Notes: generated by a model not told the origin, from the sequence alone. A DNA stretch of 64,000 bases from an uncultured Candidatus Poseidoniales archaeon (GCA_964389655.1 CAYMED010000002.1:64001-128000); one strand, 5' to 3'; counted from the first letter of the stretch, positions 47,302-57,781 are shown. Numbers and translations: made by a program.

Positions 47302-47729
47302 GTTTGTTCGACCTCAATCTCTTTTGCTAGTTCCCGAATTTTCTCAAACATATTGAGAAATCCATTTGATCGACTAGGTGTTAGTGTCTGAGCTAACCCA
47401 AGGTCATGAATGAATGAGGGACTCATTGTTACAACTTCGGAAGGCTCGAGACCCGTAACTGCTGCTGTTGTGATTGCAATTAATCCTTGAACAATTTGAG
47501 CATCAGCAGCACCTTGTAATTGCAATCCATTCTCAGTGTACTGTAAATGCACATGGGCTTCAGACTGGCATCCATGTACTCTCGTTGCTTCATTCCACAT
47601 TTCAACAGGCAAGATATTCACTTTTGTAGCCAAGTCAAATAACATCTCAAATCTCTCTAATGGATCATCGATGTAAGCGAATTCTTCAATGATTGCCTGT
47701 AATGACGCTGGCCAGTGGCTTGAACTCAT
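47286..47729 (-). CDS. sufE: SufE-family sulfur acceptor protein
   Basis: VHGCQS catalytic Cys, DAQIVQGL, LGL...LTPSRSNG. Confidence 0.9.
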   Translation of the reverse strand: MSSSHWPASLQAIIEEFAYIDDPLERFEMLFDLATKVNILPVEMWNEATRVHGCQSEAHVHLQYTENGLQLQGAADAQIVQGLIAITTAAVTGLEPSEVVTMSPSFIHDLGLAQTLTPSRSNGFLNMFEKIRELAKEIEVEQTHSSA

Positions 47730-49177
47730 CTTTCTTTCCGTCCATCCTTGAAATTAGAATGATTGACGAGACCAGTAAGAATTCCGATAACTAATATCAT
47801 AATCATAGATGGAAAGAAGCTAGGCACAACACCAACAATCTCTGTATTGATGCCAGTTACTGCTGTGTGAATTATGTTGTTCCCTTCGTCGCGTTCATCA
47901 ATTTCTTTTCCACTATCAATCACAAGCCGTATGTCATATCGCCCAGACGAAGGAATCAGTATTTCTACTAGGACATCTTCAATTCCATCTGACAAATTCC
48001 CAGGCTGTGAATAGAAATTTCCCCCTAGTGTCCAATTGGCGCTAGCATCGCGGTCCGCCGGCGCGGTTTCAACTCGAATAATAACAGAATCAAAGAATGC
48101 CTCACTTGTAACAAGGCGTGCATGTACTGATACTTTTGACCCCGGAATTACGGCAAGACGATCTACACTAGCATTTTCCCACGAGAGATCCAAGCCAGGT
48201 GGTACTGGCCAAAAGGATGGGGTTGTTTGAATTGAATTACCTGCTTTATCGAGAATTGTTGCCCGTAAAGCAAGATATTCCCCCACGTGCGTGCGCCAAA
48301 TAGTGGGTCCAATATTTCTTGTCAGCGTTTCCCCACTGACTGAAATCCATCCACTTTCTCCAGCGTCGATACCATCAGCATCAAACCGATATTCGATTGT
48401 CGAATTCATTTCATCGACTCCCGCACCATCATCTCTTGCAGAAAGCGAGACTTGAACTGGCCCAATTCTCGACCCATGAATTTCATCGATGATGCGCCAT
48501 AAACCCGAAATCGGGTCAGTTCGGTCTACAAGAAGGTCGACTTGATAAGTTGGTCCTACATTTCCAGCATGATCTGTAGCGCGAAAACCGACTTCCACCG
48601 CACTCTCGGGTAAAGGTGCATTTCCTGAAGTACCAATAACTTGCCAATTCTGATCTCCACCGACTTGAATTTCAAGTTGTTGTAGCCCACTTCCTACTTC
48701 AACAACACTGGCATCAAGTGATGTCCACGTGATCAAGGAGTTTGGTACCCACCCTTCATTTGGTGAAATAGCCGGGTTTTGGATTTGCGGCCCACTTCGA
48801 TCAATTCCAATCCGGCACACTGCAGTATCTATATTTCCATCCAAACTGCTTACTGTGAGTGTTAGGTCTGCAGTTGTTTCCTGTATATTTCCTGGTTGCC
48901 AAGTAAATTTCTTTTCAAGGGGCGTCACATCGTCTGAAACAGTTCCACCATTTGGAAGCCCTGATAGAGATGCGCGCACAATATTGATTCCATCATATGT
49001 GATGTTAATGGCACCGGATGCAGGAATGGAGATCCATGATCTTGTCGACGTACAATCTGCAGATCCATTTTCTAGATCGACTGCTGTGATGGATGGGCTT
49101 GCGCGAGCACCGTCTGCAGCTGCAAAAACAGGCAAGATGAGCAAGCAAACGGCAAGCGTCGCGATTGAAGTTCGCAC
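47726..49177 (-). CDS. Secreted Ig-like/CARDB protein with C-terminal anchor (VPSF, PGF-like)
   Basis: GTG 49177 start gives signal peptide MRTSIATLAVCLLIL; ATDHAGN and LDKAGN Ig motifs; IDERDEGNN CARDB; VPSF + TM + basic tail (ORF track start 49216). Confidence 0.8.
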   Translation of the reverse strand: MRTSIATLAVCLLILPVFAAADGARASPSITAVDLENGSADCTSTRSWISIPASGAINITYDGINIVRASLSGLPNGGTVSDDVTPLEKKFTWQPGNIQETTADLTLTVSSLDGNIDTAVCRIGIDRSGPQIQNPAISPNEGWVPNSLITWTSLDASVVEVGSGLQQLEIQVGGDQNWQVIGTSGNAPLPESAVEVGFRATDHAGNVGPTYQVDLLVDRTDPISGLWRIIDEIHGSRIGPVQVSLSARDDGAGVDEMNSTIEYRFDADGIDAGESGWISVSGETLTRNIGPTIWRTHVGEYLALRATILDKAGNSIQTTPSFWPVPPGLDLSWENASVDRLAVIPGSKVSVHARLVTSEAFFDSVIIRVETAPADRDASANWTLGGNFYSQPGNLSDGIEDVLVEILIPSSGRYDIRLVIDSGKEIDERDEGNNIIHTAVTGINTEIVGVVPSFFPSMIMILVIGILTGLVNHSNFKDGRKER

Positions 49178-49268
49178 GGTATCGGACCCTAGACTTCTTG
49201 CGTATGACTTGAACACTTCCCGGGTTTTGAGAGGAGAGGTTCAAGTCGGCGCCGTTCAGTCCGACGCC

Positions 49269-52079
49269 ATGGAGCGAAAGAGGCACGGCGCGCGGACCCT
49301 TCTCATTTTGGCATTTTTCCTCCTTTCGACCTTTCCAATTCCCGCCCAAGCATCTTCCGATCCCATCGTGTGGAGCGTATCAACAGATGCGATTGTCTAT
49401 GAAGGCACAGATGCGCGAATAAGCGTTAATATCGAGAATCAAATTGATTCTTCTCTATCTGGGATCGAAGTTCGCCTTTATCGTGAATCAAAATCACCTG
49501 AGAACCAAATGGGCGATCTTGAATTATTGAATTTAGATCAAGGCCAAAGCAAGAGTGTTGAGCAAGTATGGAACGCAATTCCTTGGGGTAATGATGGCAA
49601 ACCTTCAGTTTATGTTGATATCAAAGTGAATGGGTCTTTACCTTTCCAAGGCATTGAAACAATTTCACTTACAGCCGCTCCTAATTTGCATATTTTATCC
49701 GCAGAAATGGATAATTCAACTACCATTCGCCAAAGCAATTTGCTAGCATTCAATGCAACGGTTGAAAATTCTGGACATGCAAATGCTTCGAGTTCTGCCG
49801 TGGAACTCGTGATTGAAAATGCAATTTCTAGTGCAGAAATCAGTCGTGAACGTGTTTCCCTCCCAAGTATTGATTCTGGAAATAATACCACAGTCCGCAT
49901 TGCACCACTTGGACTATTTGCGCCACCCGCTGGAAATTATCGGGCAGTATTGGTGGTTGACCCAGACCTAACAGTTTCAGAGACCATTTTGTCGGACAAC
50001 TCACAGACCCTGCAATTTTCTGTAATCCCCCATGCCGATCACGCCTTGTCCTTGTCAAAATCCAAGATAACGGCAGTAGATCCAGTTGAAGGACCTTGGA
50101 TTGTGAATGGATCCATCCAACGCGATCACGACTCTGCCAGTTCAAATGTTACAGTTGCTCTGAGGAGCGATCAATTGGGGGTGCTCAAGACGGTTGTTGT
50201 CAATGTACCCCATGGTATTGGTGCCAATCAGCCATTTTCAATTGAATTTGACCATGATGATTTACTTGCTAGTGGTTCTCTAGGTGATGGCGAGCATGCA
50301 TTCTATGTGGAAATTATTGCAGGCGACCATCAAGGGCAAAATAACAATGATGTAGCAGAGACCCGTATTGATTTTCTTAACCGCCCAAATGTAAAAATTA
50401 GTGCTAGTTTGCTAACCACACAAACAGATTCTGTTCTTCCCAATACCGATGTCCGATGGCTGGTTGTAGTTGAGAATGAAGGGGGTGTTCCTGTTGATGG
50501 AATAATCACTGTTTCTTGGGAAGGATCCTCTAAATCTTTACCTGGTCGTTCTGTTTCGATCGAGCCATATTCTCCAGCAGTTGCTGAATTTGCAATACAA
50601 GCAGGATCTATCGAAATCGAAGATGCACAGTTTCAAGCAACTTGGACCCCTTCGGCTTCGAATCAAGATCGGATATCAACCGATAATCTAGCAGTAATCA
50701 CCCTTTCCATACGAGCGCCATTTGAAGTTTCTCTCGACCCAACCTCTGAGCGTATCTCCCCGGATCCTGATGGTTCTCTTGATCCAAGTCAAAGTTATAC
50801 AATCTATTTTCGAGCGCGCCTTTCGAAAGCAGGAACAACAGAAATTACTTGTCACCGCGATGGTGAGACAATTAAATCAACAACCATTACTGCAGCAGAA
50901 ATAAATGATGAATTTGAGATTGAATGCCCCTTGACATTAACTGATTCTGACGCAGGCTCGGTTATTTTGATCACGTATCACTCAAGTAGTGCCACTCTTG
51001 TTGGCGATTATCTCTCATTTGAGAAGAAAGTGAAGTCAATTTCAGGTACATTAGGAGTTGCAGCTCAGCAAGAGAAAAGCCGCACTCTTGCGATTGTTAT
51101 GCTTTCTATGATTACGGTTTTAGCCGGTGTGGTTCTTTATCTTGCCATCCGACTGACTAGTGATACTGATCGCGAGGTGGATCGTGATATCTACGAATAT
51201 TGTCCTTATTGTACTGGTGAGATTGAAGGGGATGAAGTTACATGCCCGCACTGTTATTCCGACCTTGGCGAAGCCATGAGTAATTTCCATACATGCGCTG
51301 GTTGCGATGAAGAAGTGCCTGATATTATGGAAATATGCCCTCATTGTGGAACTGATCAGCGTCGTATTGACCGATTTGAACACAGAGAGCGTCGCGCTCC
51401 TGAAGTAATAGATGAAGAGATTGCATCTGAGGAAGACAACTTTGAAGATGAAACAGAGCAAGAAATTGTAATCGGAACTGCCGACTTTAACCAAGCGACA
51501 AAATCATTTGGGGTCTCAGATGAAGACTTCGAATCCAAGTGGGATGACGAACTCGAATCTGCAGAGCAACAAATGGCTGAACTTGTGGCCGCAGCAGAAG
51601 CAGAGATTGATGATGATGAATTGGCTAGTGATGGAGAGATTATTTCTCCATTGTTGGAACAACACGAACAACAATCTGCAGCTGACTTAGATTCATTCCT
51701 TGGGGACAAAGATCAAAGGAAATCCTTGTCGGATAAAGATGTTGAATTTACGGCATCAGATGCCGCAATTCGTGGAAATTTGTATGATATAACGGGTGAA
51801 GAGGGTGTGATGCCAGGTGACAAAGTAGTCCTTGGATCTGCTATGACCGATCATGCGATTCCAGGAAACGAGGTTCTCGATGACAAGAGTTTAACCTCAT
51901 TTGCAGGACTAGATACAGAAACTTCGAAAGTAAGGAAAGAGAAAGCTAAGCCCAAACGCCGTGCAGCGCGCAAAAAGAAAGTTGTAGAGGAATCAGAGAA
52001 GGGAGCATGCCCATCCTGTAGTGCAATCGTCAGCCTTGATGCTGACAGTTGTCATGCATGTGGTGCTAAATTTGGATAA
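49269..52079 (+). CDS. CARDB-repeat membrane protein with cytoplasmic zinc ribbons and acidic region
   Basis: Start placed at ATG 49269 (signal peptide MERKRHGARTLLILAFF); VDPDLTVSETILSDN CARDB; TM; CPYC/CPHC, CAGC/CPHC, CPSC/CHAC. Confidence 0.85.
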   Translation: MERKRHGARTLLILAFFLLSTFPIPAQASSDPIVWSVSTDAIVYEGTDARISVNIENQIDSSLSGIEVRLYRESKSPENQMGDLELLNLDQGQSKSVEQVWNAIPWGNDGKPSVYVDIKVNGSLPFQGIETISLTAAPNLHILSAEMDNSTTIRQSNLLAFNATVENSGHANASSSAVELVIENAISSAEISRERVSLPSIDSGNNTTVRIAPLGLFAPPAGNYRAVLVVDPDLTVSETILSDNSQTLQFSVIPHADHALSLSKSKITAVDPVEGPWIVNGSIQRDHDSASSNVTVALRSDQLGVLKTVVVNVPHGIGANQPFSIEFDHDDLLASGSLGDGEHAFYVEIIAGDHQGQNNNDVAETRIDFLNRPNVKISASLLTTQTDSVLPNTDVRWLVVVENEGGVPVDGIITVSWEGSSKSLPGRSVSIEPYSPAVAEFAIQAGSIEIEDAQFQATWTPSASNQDRISTDNLAVITLSIRAPFEVSLDPTSERISPDPDGSLDPSQSYTIYFRARLSKAGTTEITCHRDGETIKSTTITAAEINDEFEIECPLTLTDSDAGSVILITYHSSSATLVGDYLSFEKKVKSISGTLGVAAQQEKSRTLAIVMLSMITVLAGVVLYLAIRLTSDTDREVDRDIYEYCPYCTGEIEGDEVTCPHCYSDLGEAMSNFHTCAGCDEEVPDIMEICPHCGTDQRRIDRFEHRERRAPEVIDEEIASEEDNFEDETEQEIVIGTADFNQATKSFGVSDEDFESKWDDELESAEQQMAELVAAAEAEIDDDELASDGEIISPLLEQHEQQSAADLDSFLGDKDQRKSLSDKDVEFTASDAAIRGNLYDITGEEGVMPGDKVVLGSAMTDHAIPGNEVLDDKSLTSFAGLDTETSKVRKEKAKPKRRAARKKKVVEESEKGACPSCSAIVSLDADSCHACGAKFG

Positions 52080-52081
52080 TC

Positions 52082-53878
52082 TCATGCATCATTCACAACT
52101 CTGCTGACATCTTCATCAACCAGTGCCGCATCCTTGATATCTCCATTAATTATCATTTCACCAAGATTGACCACGTCCGAATCAGAACCACCCGGGAGCG
52201 TATCAATACTAGCAGAAGCACCTTCTGGGACGTTTCTAGTCAGTGTTGTTTCTACAAGTTCCCAATCCCCCCAATTGAGCAATCCACTCCACCATCTCCC
52301 TTCTCCCTTGTATACTGGATGTCGAATGATAAATAGGCCATTGATCAGCATAAACCCAAATCCAATGACTCCCCAAAAGAATAGGATGATTGCGATGCCA
52401 TGGGGGTTGAATGGATTCCAAGGGTCGTGGGCAGTGGCATGAAGGTCGGTGAAGTATGAACCCATTAGAATCAGGAAAAGGAATGGGAAACAGACGTACA
52501 TGATGAAATCCCACCATTTTCCAATCCAAAGGTCGTTATCTCCAGTATTGACAAATTCATCTCTAAATGCCGGAACTCCATGAGTTAACCACCCTCGCAC
52601 AGAATCTTCTGCCTCCCCCGCAGCAACTCTTGAACGCCAAACAGCCCATCCATATCGCCAAATAGCAAATGCAATGAATAAACCACTGAACATTAAGCCA
52701 TAACCCCAAATGTGGTCTTGAACTTCTAGAAATTCTGGAAACGCAATTCCATCACTATCCATTTTGATTCCAAGAAGTGCGGAAGGAATACCGCATATGA
52801 ATATCGTAATACTGGTCAAAAGAACAGCACGATTTCGTTCCACGCCATGGTCGACAAGGTTGCGCACAGTGAGTTCTACAGTTGAAATCATAGATGTAAG
52901 GGCTGCAAATGTGAGTGCCAAGAAGAAGACTGTAATGAGAATTCTAGAACCAATTACGCCTCCAGGCGCTGCATTGAATACTTCTGGAAGAGCGAGGAAT
53001 GTGATTGCTGAAGAGCCCCCGGACACCGTAGATACTGGATCTAATGATGCTGCGAAGATTGCACTCATCACGGTAACTCCTGCTATAATTGAGATGCTAT
53101 TATTTGCCAAACCCATCGTAAAGGCATTGAGTGTAATATCTTCGTCTTTTCTCATATAAACAGCATATGTAATTGCCATTCCCATGCCGGCTGAACATGA
53201 CCAAGCAGATTGGGAAAGCCCATTGATCCAAGTTTCAGGCTTGGCTAAATATTCAGGTCGAACAGTGAACATGTATAGCATTCCATCTAGTGATCCATCT
53301 TTGCCATCCATCCACAATGAAAGGCCTAATGCCAGGAATAAAAGTACGAAGAGTGATGTCATCATTGCGATGTTTGTTTTTTCAATCGCCTTTGCCCCGC
53401 GCCAAATTGCAGCAAGCGTAATTCCAATAATTAGAAATTGAAACAGAACCACTTGGGTGCCTGACATTAAAAAATCGTTCCAAACACTACCTACGTCTGA
53501 TGCTGCTGAAAGTTCTCCGCTTGCCCCAAAGAAAAAGTAACGCAAACACCAGCCAGCCACAACCGCATAATAGAATCCAATCGCAGTTGAGATCCAAGCG
53601 GTCCAAAGCCCCATCCATGCAAACCTCTTTCCAAGAAATATTCGAAACGAGCCCACTGTGCCAGTTCTTGCGCGCTTACCAATAGCGAATTCAGCAATCA
53701 CAAGAGGTATGGACCAAACGAATAGGAATATCAGCCAAGGGACCAAAAATGAACCCCCCCCATTTGCTCCAACCATTCTAGGAAATCTCCAGATATTACC
53801 GGTACCAATTGCCGCCCCAATTGTGGCGAAAATTAGTCCCAACCTTCCACTAAATTGGTCCGAGGATGAGTTGGACAT
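52082..53878 (-). CDS. Sodium-dependent amino acid transporter (NSS/SNF, LeuT-like)
   Basis: GAAIGTGNIWRFP, NGGGSFL, FYYAVVAGW, AALTSMIS..E. Confidence 0.93.
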   Translation of the reverse strand: MSNSSSDQFSGRLGLIFATIGAAIGTGNIWRFPRMVGANGGGSFLVPWLIFLFVWSIPLVIAEFAIGKRARTGTVGSFRIFLGKRFAWMGLWTAWISTAIGFYYAVVAGWCLRYFFFGASGELSAASDVGSVWNDFLMSGTQVVLFQFLIIGITLAAIWRGAKAIEKTNIAMMTSLFVLLFLALGLSLWMDGKDGSLDGMLYMFTVRPEYLAKPETWINGLSQSAWSCSAGMGMAITYAVYMRKDEDITLNAFTMGLANNSISIIAGVTVMSAIFAASLDPVSTVSGGSSAITFLALPEVFNAAPGGVIGSRILITVFFLALTFAALTSMISTVELTVRNLVDHGVERNRAVLLTSITIFICGIPSALLGIKMDSDGIAFPEFLEVQDHIWGYGLMFSGLFIAFAIWRYGWAVWRSRVAAGEAEDSVRGWLTHGVPAFRDEFVNTGDNDLWIGKWWDFIMYVCFPFLFLILMGSYFTDLHATAHDPWNPFNPHGIAIILFFWGVIGFGFMLINGLFIIRHPVYKGEGRWWSGLLNWGDWELVETTLTRNVPEGASASIDTLPGGSDSDVVNLGEMIINGDIKDAALVDEDVSRVVNDA

Positions 53879-53887
53879 TCGATCGCC

Positions 53888-56329
53888 TCAAGCAGCCTCA
53901 TCAAGTGCAGCTTCTAGATCAGCATCATGCTTCCCCAATCTGATTTTCAGAGATTTCGCAGCAGCGGTCAATTCAGTCGCATTGAGATAACCATTTTCAT
54001 CGGTGTCAAATTCTTGCGCGTGATCGATTAATTCGCTGGCCTCTAACCCGTGTGTAGTTGCGATCCGCTCTAAGGTTCGCTCAGAATACCGAAGTGATAC
54101 TGGCTCCTTGTCTAATTCATCTGATTCTTCATCATGGATTTCTTCAGAAAGATCCTCCCTCCCTTCTGGTTCCTCTTCGTCAAGACTAAACATCGTTTTG
54201 AGTGATATGCCAAGCCCCCCCCAAACTAGGATGACAACTGCAAGGAACATAGCAAATGCAATGATGGTGTTTCCATAGGGTGCTCGATAAGGAATGACAA
54301 TTTCATAGTAATCAATTCCGTTGCCCTTCGCATCTTTTTCTCCCATTGGGTAGGTATATGGAAATGCTCCTGAAAGTGTTCCTAGCATTCCCTTGTAATG
54401 CAATTCACCAGATAGATCATCTTCAATCGGGATATTTCCACGGAGAATAGTCCCATTTTCTCCATTTAATAAGGTACATTTTTCCTTCTTCATTTCAATT
54501 TTTTCAACATGTTGGTGCGCCCATGGTGTTTCAAACCACTCATTTGGGCCATAATCCGATTGAGTTCGATTTGGCCGAACGAACCTCCACATCACGTGTG
54601 ATAGATTTCCATTTGAGGAATATGGAAATAGTGGGTGAATACAGATGTCAATGGGGATTGGACCTGGGTTTAATGGTACATGATCTGGTGACATGATCGT
54701 TTGATTTTTTGGCATACCTTGGATTTCATTCTGTGCTCTTCCTACTGGGTCGTCTGAGATTTCAATCATCCAAAATGGTACACCTAAATTGAGTACTGCC
54801 AAATGATCGATATCATCGGGGTGCTCATGAAATGCATTTCCAATTTCAATTGTATAGCAAAATGAATCATGGACTCCATAATGCCAGTCACAAAAATCTC
54901 CAGTAGTTGGGTAAAGCGCAGATGACTGCTTTGCTTCATATCCCGTGTATTGCGCCATGACGTTGCCATGATAGATCAATTCGGTTTCATCTTTTGCTGC
55001 ACAATCCGTGCAGTGACCCCAAGGCCAAAGCACGAGTCCACTGAAGGAATGCCAAGTGAGAGTTGCTTTGAAATCAGATGCCCCATCATCATTGTCGTCA
55101 TTCATTTCCGTCATATCTTGAATGAACATTGTTTCGGGCTCTGTATTCCCCCCTAACGGATCCTCATCAGTCTCATCATCACCATCATCGTTGTTATCAT
55201 CAACGTCGTCTTCATTGAACAACCCATCCCCATCTTCATCATCAAAAGGGCCATCTGGTGGTCCATTATAGACATCATTGTTGACTCCAGTTCCAGCATA
55301 ACAATCCCCAGGGAATAATGGCCCTGTAGCCCCCAATGGGGCACCCCATTCAAATTCGTAATTTCGGTTCAGGTCGACTCCGTCACAGCCAGAGTTTACC
55401 TCTTCATCAAGATCGGGCAAGGGCAAGCGCCCTTCTACTGTATTATCCCGCAGATTTTTCCTCCAACCTGGTTCATCACAGTTCCAAGCATCTTCTCCAC
55501 AGAACACTTCTCGGTCGTACCGGTTTCCATCTACATTTAGCATGGGTATGAGATATATTTCACGAGTATCGACCAAATCAGTGATCCATTGTTCCTTGAA
55601 ATCTTCATCGACTCCATGGTCACCTGGGCCGCATTCCTTCCCATCCCCATTGCTATCTCTGAATTCTTTTGAGAGGCTCAAACAATCTCCATCATCATCG
55701 AGTTCCCCATCATTATTTGTGTCCCCAAATGAGTCTTCACCTTCTCTCCCATCCCCATCATTATCGATTGGTGGCTTTCCATAATAATATGCCACAGTTT
55801 CAAGGAACAACATCGGAACTTCATATGACATCCATTCACGTGCGTGGTGATTTCCTACTAGCATGACATCGGGCCGGTCTGCATAATTTCCTCGATCTCC
55901 TACATAGGGGTTGTATTCTCCCCCCTCTACATTGGCAGTAATTTTCACCCATGGGCTTGCATGTTTGTAGAAATGGCCTTGAAAATCAGGTAACCCTCGC
56001 TCTTCTCCGCGAGCATTCGTTCCTCCGGGAAGTCCTTCATGAAATGAGATAAATCCGGGGTTATCCTCTGCCAATCTCATCATTCGCTCTTTCATCGTGA
56101 AATAGTCATGATATGCCTTGAATTGAAGCCGATCATCTCCCCTCTCAGCCCAAGGGAAGATATCTTCTTGATAATCCGTGGACCAAAGTTGATCCGGACT
56201 TTTCCCTTCTTCATCTTGGAGAACCCCTGTGCTCGTGTTACCTGAGGTTACTAGTGGCATAATAAGAAGGATTGTGATGAGTAATGCAATGCTTGACCGG
56301 GGGGTCGCCGTTGCTTTCTCACGTGACAT
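53888..56329 (-). CDS. Membrane-anchored M14 zinc carboxypeptidase (CpT-like) with Asp-rich inserts and a cytoplasmic EF-hand-like motif
   Basis: HHAREW, NVDG, WRKN, GVDLNRNY, TEPET, WHSF, LYPTTG, TIEI; TM; DTDENGYLNATE. Start likely ATG 56329 (ORF track 56431). Confidence 0.9.
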   Translation of the reverse strand: MSREKATATPRSSIALLITILLIMPLVTSGNTSTGVLQDEEGKSPDQLWSTDYQEDIFPWAERGDDRLQFKAYHDYFTMKERMMRLAEDNPGFISFHEGLPGGTNARGEERGLPDFQGHFYKHASPWVKITANVEGGEYNPYVGDRGNYADRPDVMLVGNHHAREWMSYEVPMLFLETVAYYYGKPPIDNDGDGREGEDSFGDTNNDGELDDDGDCLSLSKEFRDSNGDGKECGPGDHGVDEDFKEQWITDLVDTREIYLIPMLNVDGNRYDREVFCGEDAWNCDEPGWRKNLRDNTVEGRLPLPDLDEEVNSGCDGVDLNRNYEFEWGAPLGATGPLFPGDCYAGTGVNNDVYNGPPDGPFDDEDGDGLFNEDDVDDNNDDGDDETDEDPLGGNTEPETMFIQDMTEMNDDNDDGASDFKATLTWHSFSGLVLWPWGHCTDCAAKDETELIYHGNVMAQYTGYEAKQSSALYPTTGDFCDWHYGVHDSFCYTIEIGNAFHEHPDDIDHLAVLNLGVPFWMIEISDDPVGRAQNEIQGMPKNQTIMSPDHVPLNPGPIPIDICIHPLFPYSSNGNLSHVMWRFVRPNRTQSDYGPNEWFETPWAHQHVEKIEMKKEKCTLLNGENGTILRGNIPIEDDLSGELHYKGMLGTLSGAFPYTYPMGEKDAKGNGIDYYEIVIPYRAPYGNTIIAFAMFLAVVILVWGGLGISLKTMFSLDEEEPEGREDLSEEIHDEESDELDKEPVSLRYSERTLERIATTHGLEASELIDHAQEFDTDENGYLNATELTAAAKSLKIRLGKHDADLEAALDEAA

Positions 56330-56463
56330 ATGGTGGTCGGCTCCGTTATTCTTCTTCAATTCACATCCTATTTGCCCTTTGCCCTTTTGATCACTTTTAT
56401 CGATCTCAAATTTTGATTGCCCCCATGTCAATCGCTATGTGGGGATACCGTTCCCGGAGGCAT

Positions 56464-57246
56464 ATGGGGGGGATCAGTGAGCGGATTGGAGATGTGCTTG
56501 GAGCCGCCCTAGACAACAAACTTGAGCGCGAGGTGCGGAGTGAGAATCTACCCCAACATGTTGCGATTATTATGGACGGAAATCGCAGATTTGCTTGGTC
56601 AACCAGCATCCCCGAGAAAATTGGCCATCGAAAAGGGAGGGAGAAACTCGAAGAAGTAATGGATTGGGTCCTAGAATTCAATATCCCACACTTCACAGTC
56701 TATGCCCTTTCAACAGAGAATTTGAAGACCCGATCTGAGAAGGAACTTGAACAACTGTTTGATTTGTATGTGGAGGGATTTACAAGCCTCACCCATGATC
56801 CCCGAATCCACAATAATCAGGTAAAAATTCGATGTGTTGGCAATCTCGAACTTTTGCCTCAAAGGGTCTTGGATGCCGTTAGCCAAGCATGCGAATCAAC
56901 CAAGGAATACGAGCGTAATATCTTCACGACTTGCCTTGCATATGGGAGTCGAGAGGAAATCCTTTCAGCAATCAGATTGATTGCATCTTCACATGCGGCT
57001 GGAGAAATAACCCTTGAAGAAATCGATGAAGCGGCCGTAGCCTCAAACCTCTATACCAAAGGCCTTCCAGATCCTGATTTGATTATTCGAACCAGTGGTG
57101 AAGAGCGGATTTCAAATTTCCTTCTTTGGCAGGCTGCTTATGCTGAACTTTACTTCACAGATGTTTATTGGCCACGTTTTAGCCGTCGAGACTTCCTGAA
57201 AGCAATTCGAGACTTCCAACGCAGACAGCGCCGATTTGGTTCGTGA
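56464..57246 (+). CDS. uppS: cis-prenyltransferase (polyprenyl/undecaprenyl diphosphate synthase)
   Basis: PQHVAIIMDGNRRFA, YALSTEN, YGSREE, DPDLIIRTSGEERISNFLLWQ, RRFG; GGAGG before ATG 56464 (ORF track 56284). Confidence 0.96.
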   Translation: MGGISERIGDVLGAALDNKLEREVRSENLPQHVAIIMDGNRRFAWSTSIPEKIGHRKGREKLEEVMDWVLEFNIPHFTVYALSTENLKTRSEKELEQLFDLYVEGFTSLTHDPRIHNNQVKIRCVGNLELLPQRVLDAVSQACESTKEYERNIFTTCLAYGSREEILSAIRLIASSHAAGEITLEEIDEAAVASNLYTKGLPDPDLIIRTSGEERISNFLLWQAAYAELYFTDVYWPRFSRRDFLKAIRDFQRRQRRFGS

Positions 57247-57250
57247 TCAC

Positions 57251-57769
57251 ATGAGCAAAAGCGATGACTTATCGCGAAAATGCTCTTCCTGTGGGGGTGT
57301 GATCGATTCTCTAGGAAAATCGCTACCTTTCCCCCAATCAGACGGTTTTACTTCACCCACGCTTGCAGCAGATGCCCTTGTCATCGATGAATCAAGCGCT
57401 CAAACCCGCATTCTTCTCATTCGTCGTGGACACGATCCGGATCAGGGGAAATTAGCCCTTCCAGGCGGTTTTGTCGATTATGGGGAAGACCCACTAGATG
57501 CGGTCCTACGAGAATTGATGGAGGAGTGCGGAATCGAGGGTAGGAATCCAACTCCTGTCGTTGTTCGGGGCGCACCCGGGCGAGATACGAGAAAACACAT
57601 TGTCTCGATCATCCACCGCGTCGAAGTTGGTAAAAATCAGATTCCAAATCCGGGAGATGATGCTGCAGAAGCGGCATGGTGGAACCTTGACGACGTTCTC
57701 TCATTTGAGGACAGTGAGTGGGCATTTGATCACAAAAGCATCATCATTGAAGCCTTAGAACTCGATTGA
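57251..57769 (+). CDS. Nudix hydrolase (ADP-ribose pyrophosphatase-like)
   Basis: Nudix box GGFVDYGEDPLDAVLRELMEECG; RD.R.H, GDDA, AFDH. Confidence 0.9.
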   Translation: MSKSDDLSRKCSSCGGVIDSLGKSLPFPQSDGFTSPTLAADALVIDESSAQTRILLIRRGHDPDQGKLALPGGFVDYGEDPLDAVLRELMEECGIEGRNPTPVVVRGAPGRDTRKHIVSIIHRVEVGKNQIPNPGDDAAEAAWWNLDDVLSFEDSEWAFDHKSIIIEALELD

Positions 57770-57781
57770 ACAATTTGCGAT

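Noticed and set aside
48729-49268. 180-aa N-terminal extension of the 1116-aa ORF
   Set aside because: Mostly antisense to the real minus-strand gene; the signal peptide begins at ATG 49269
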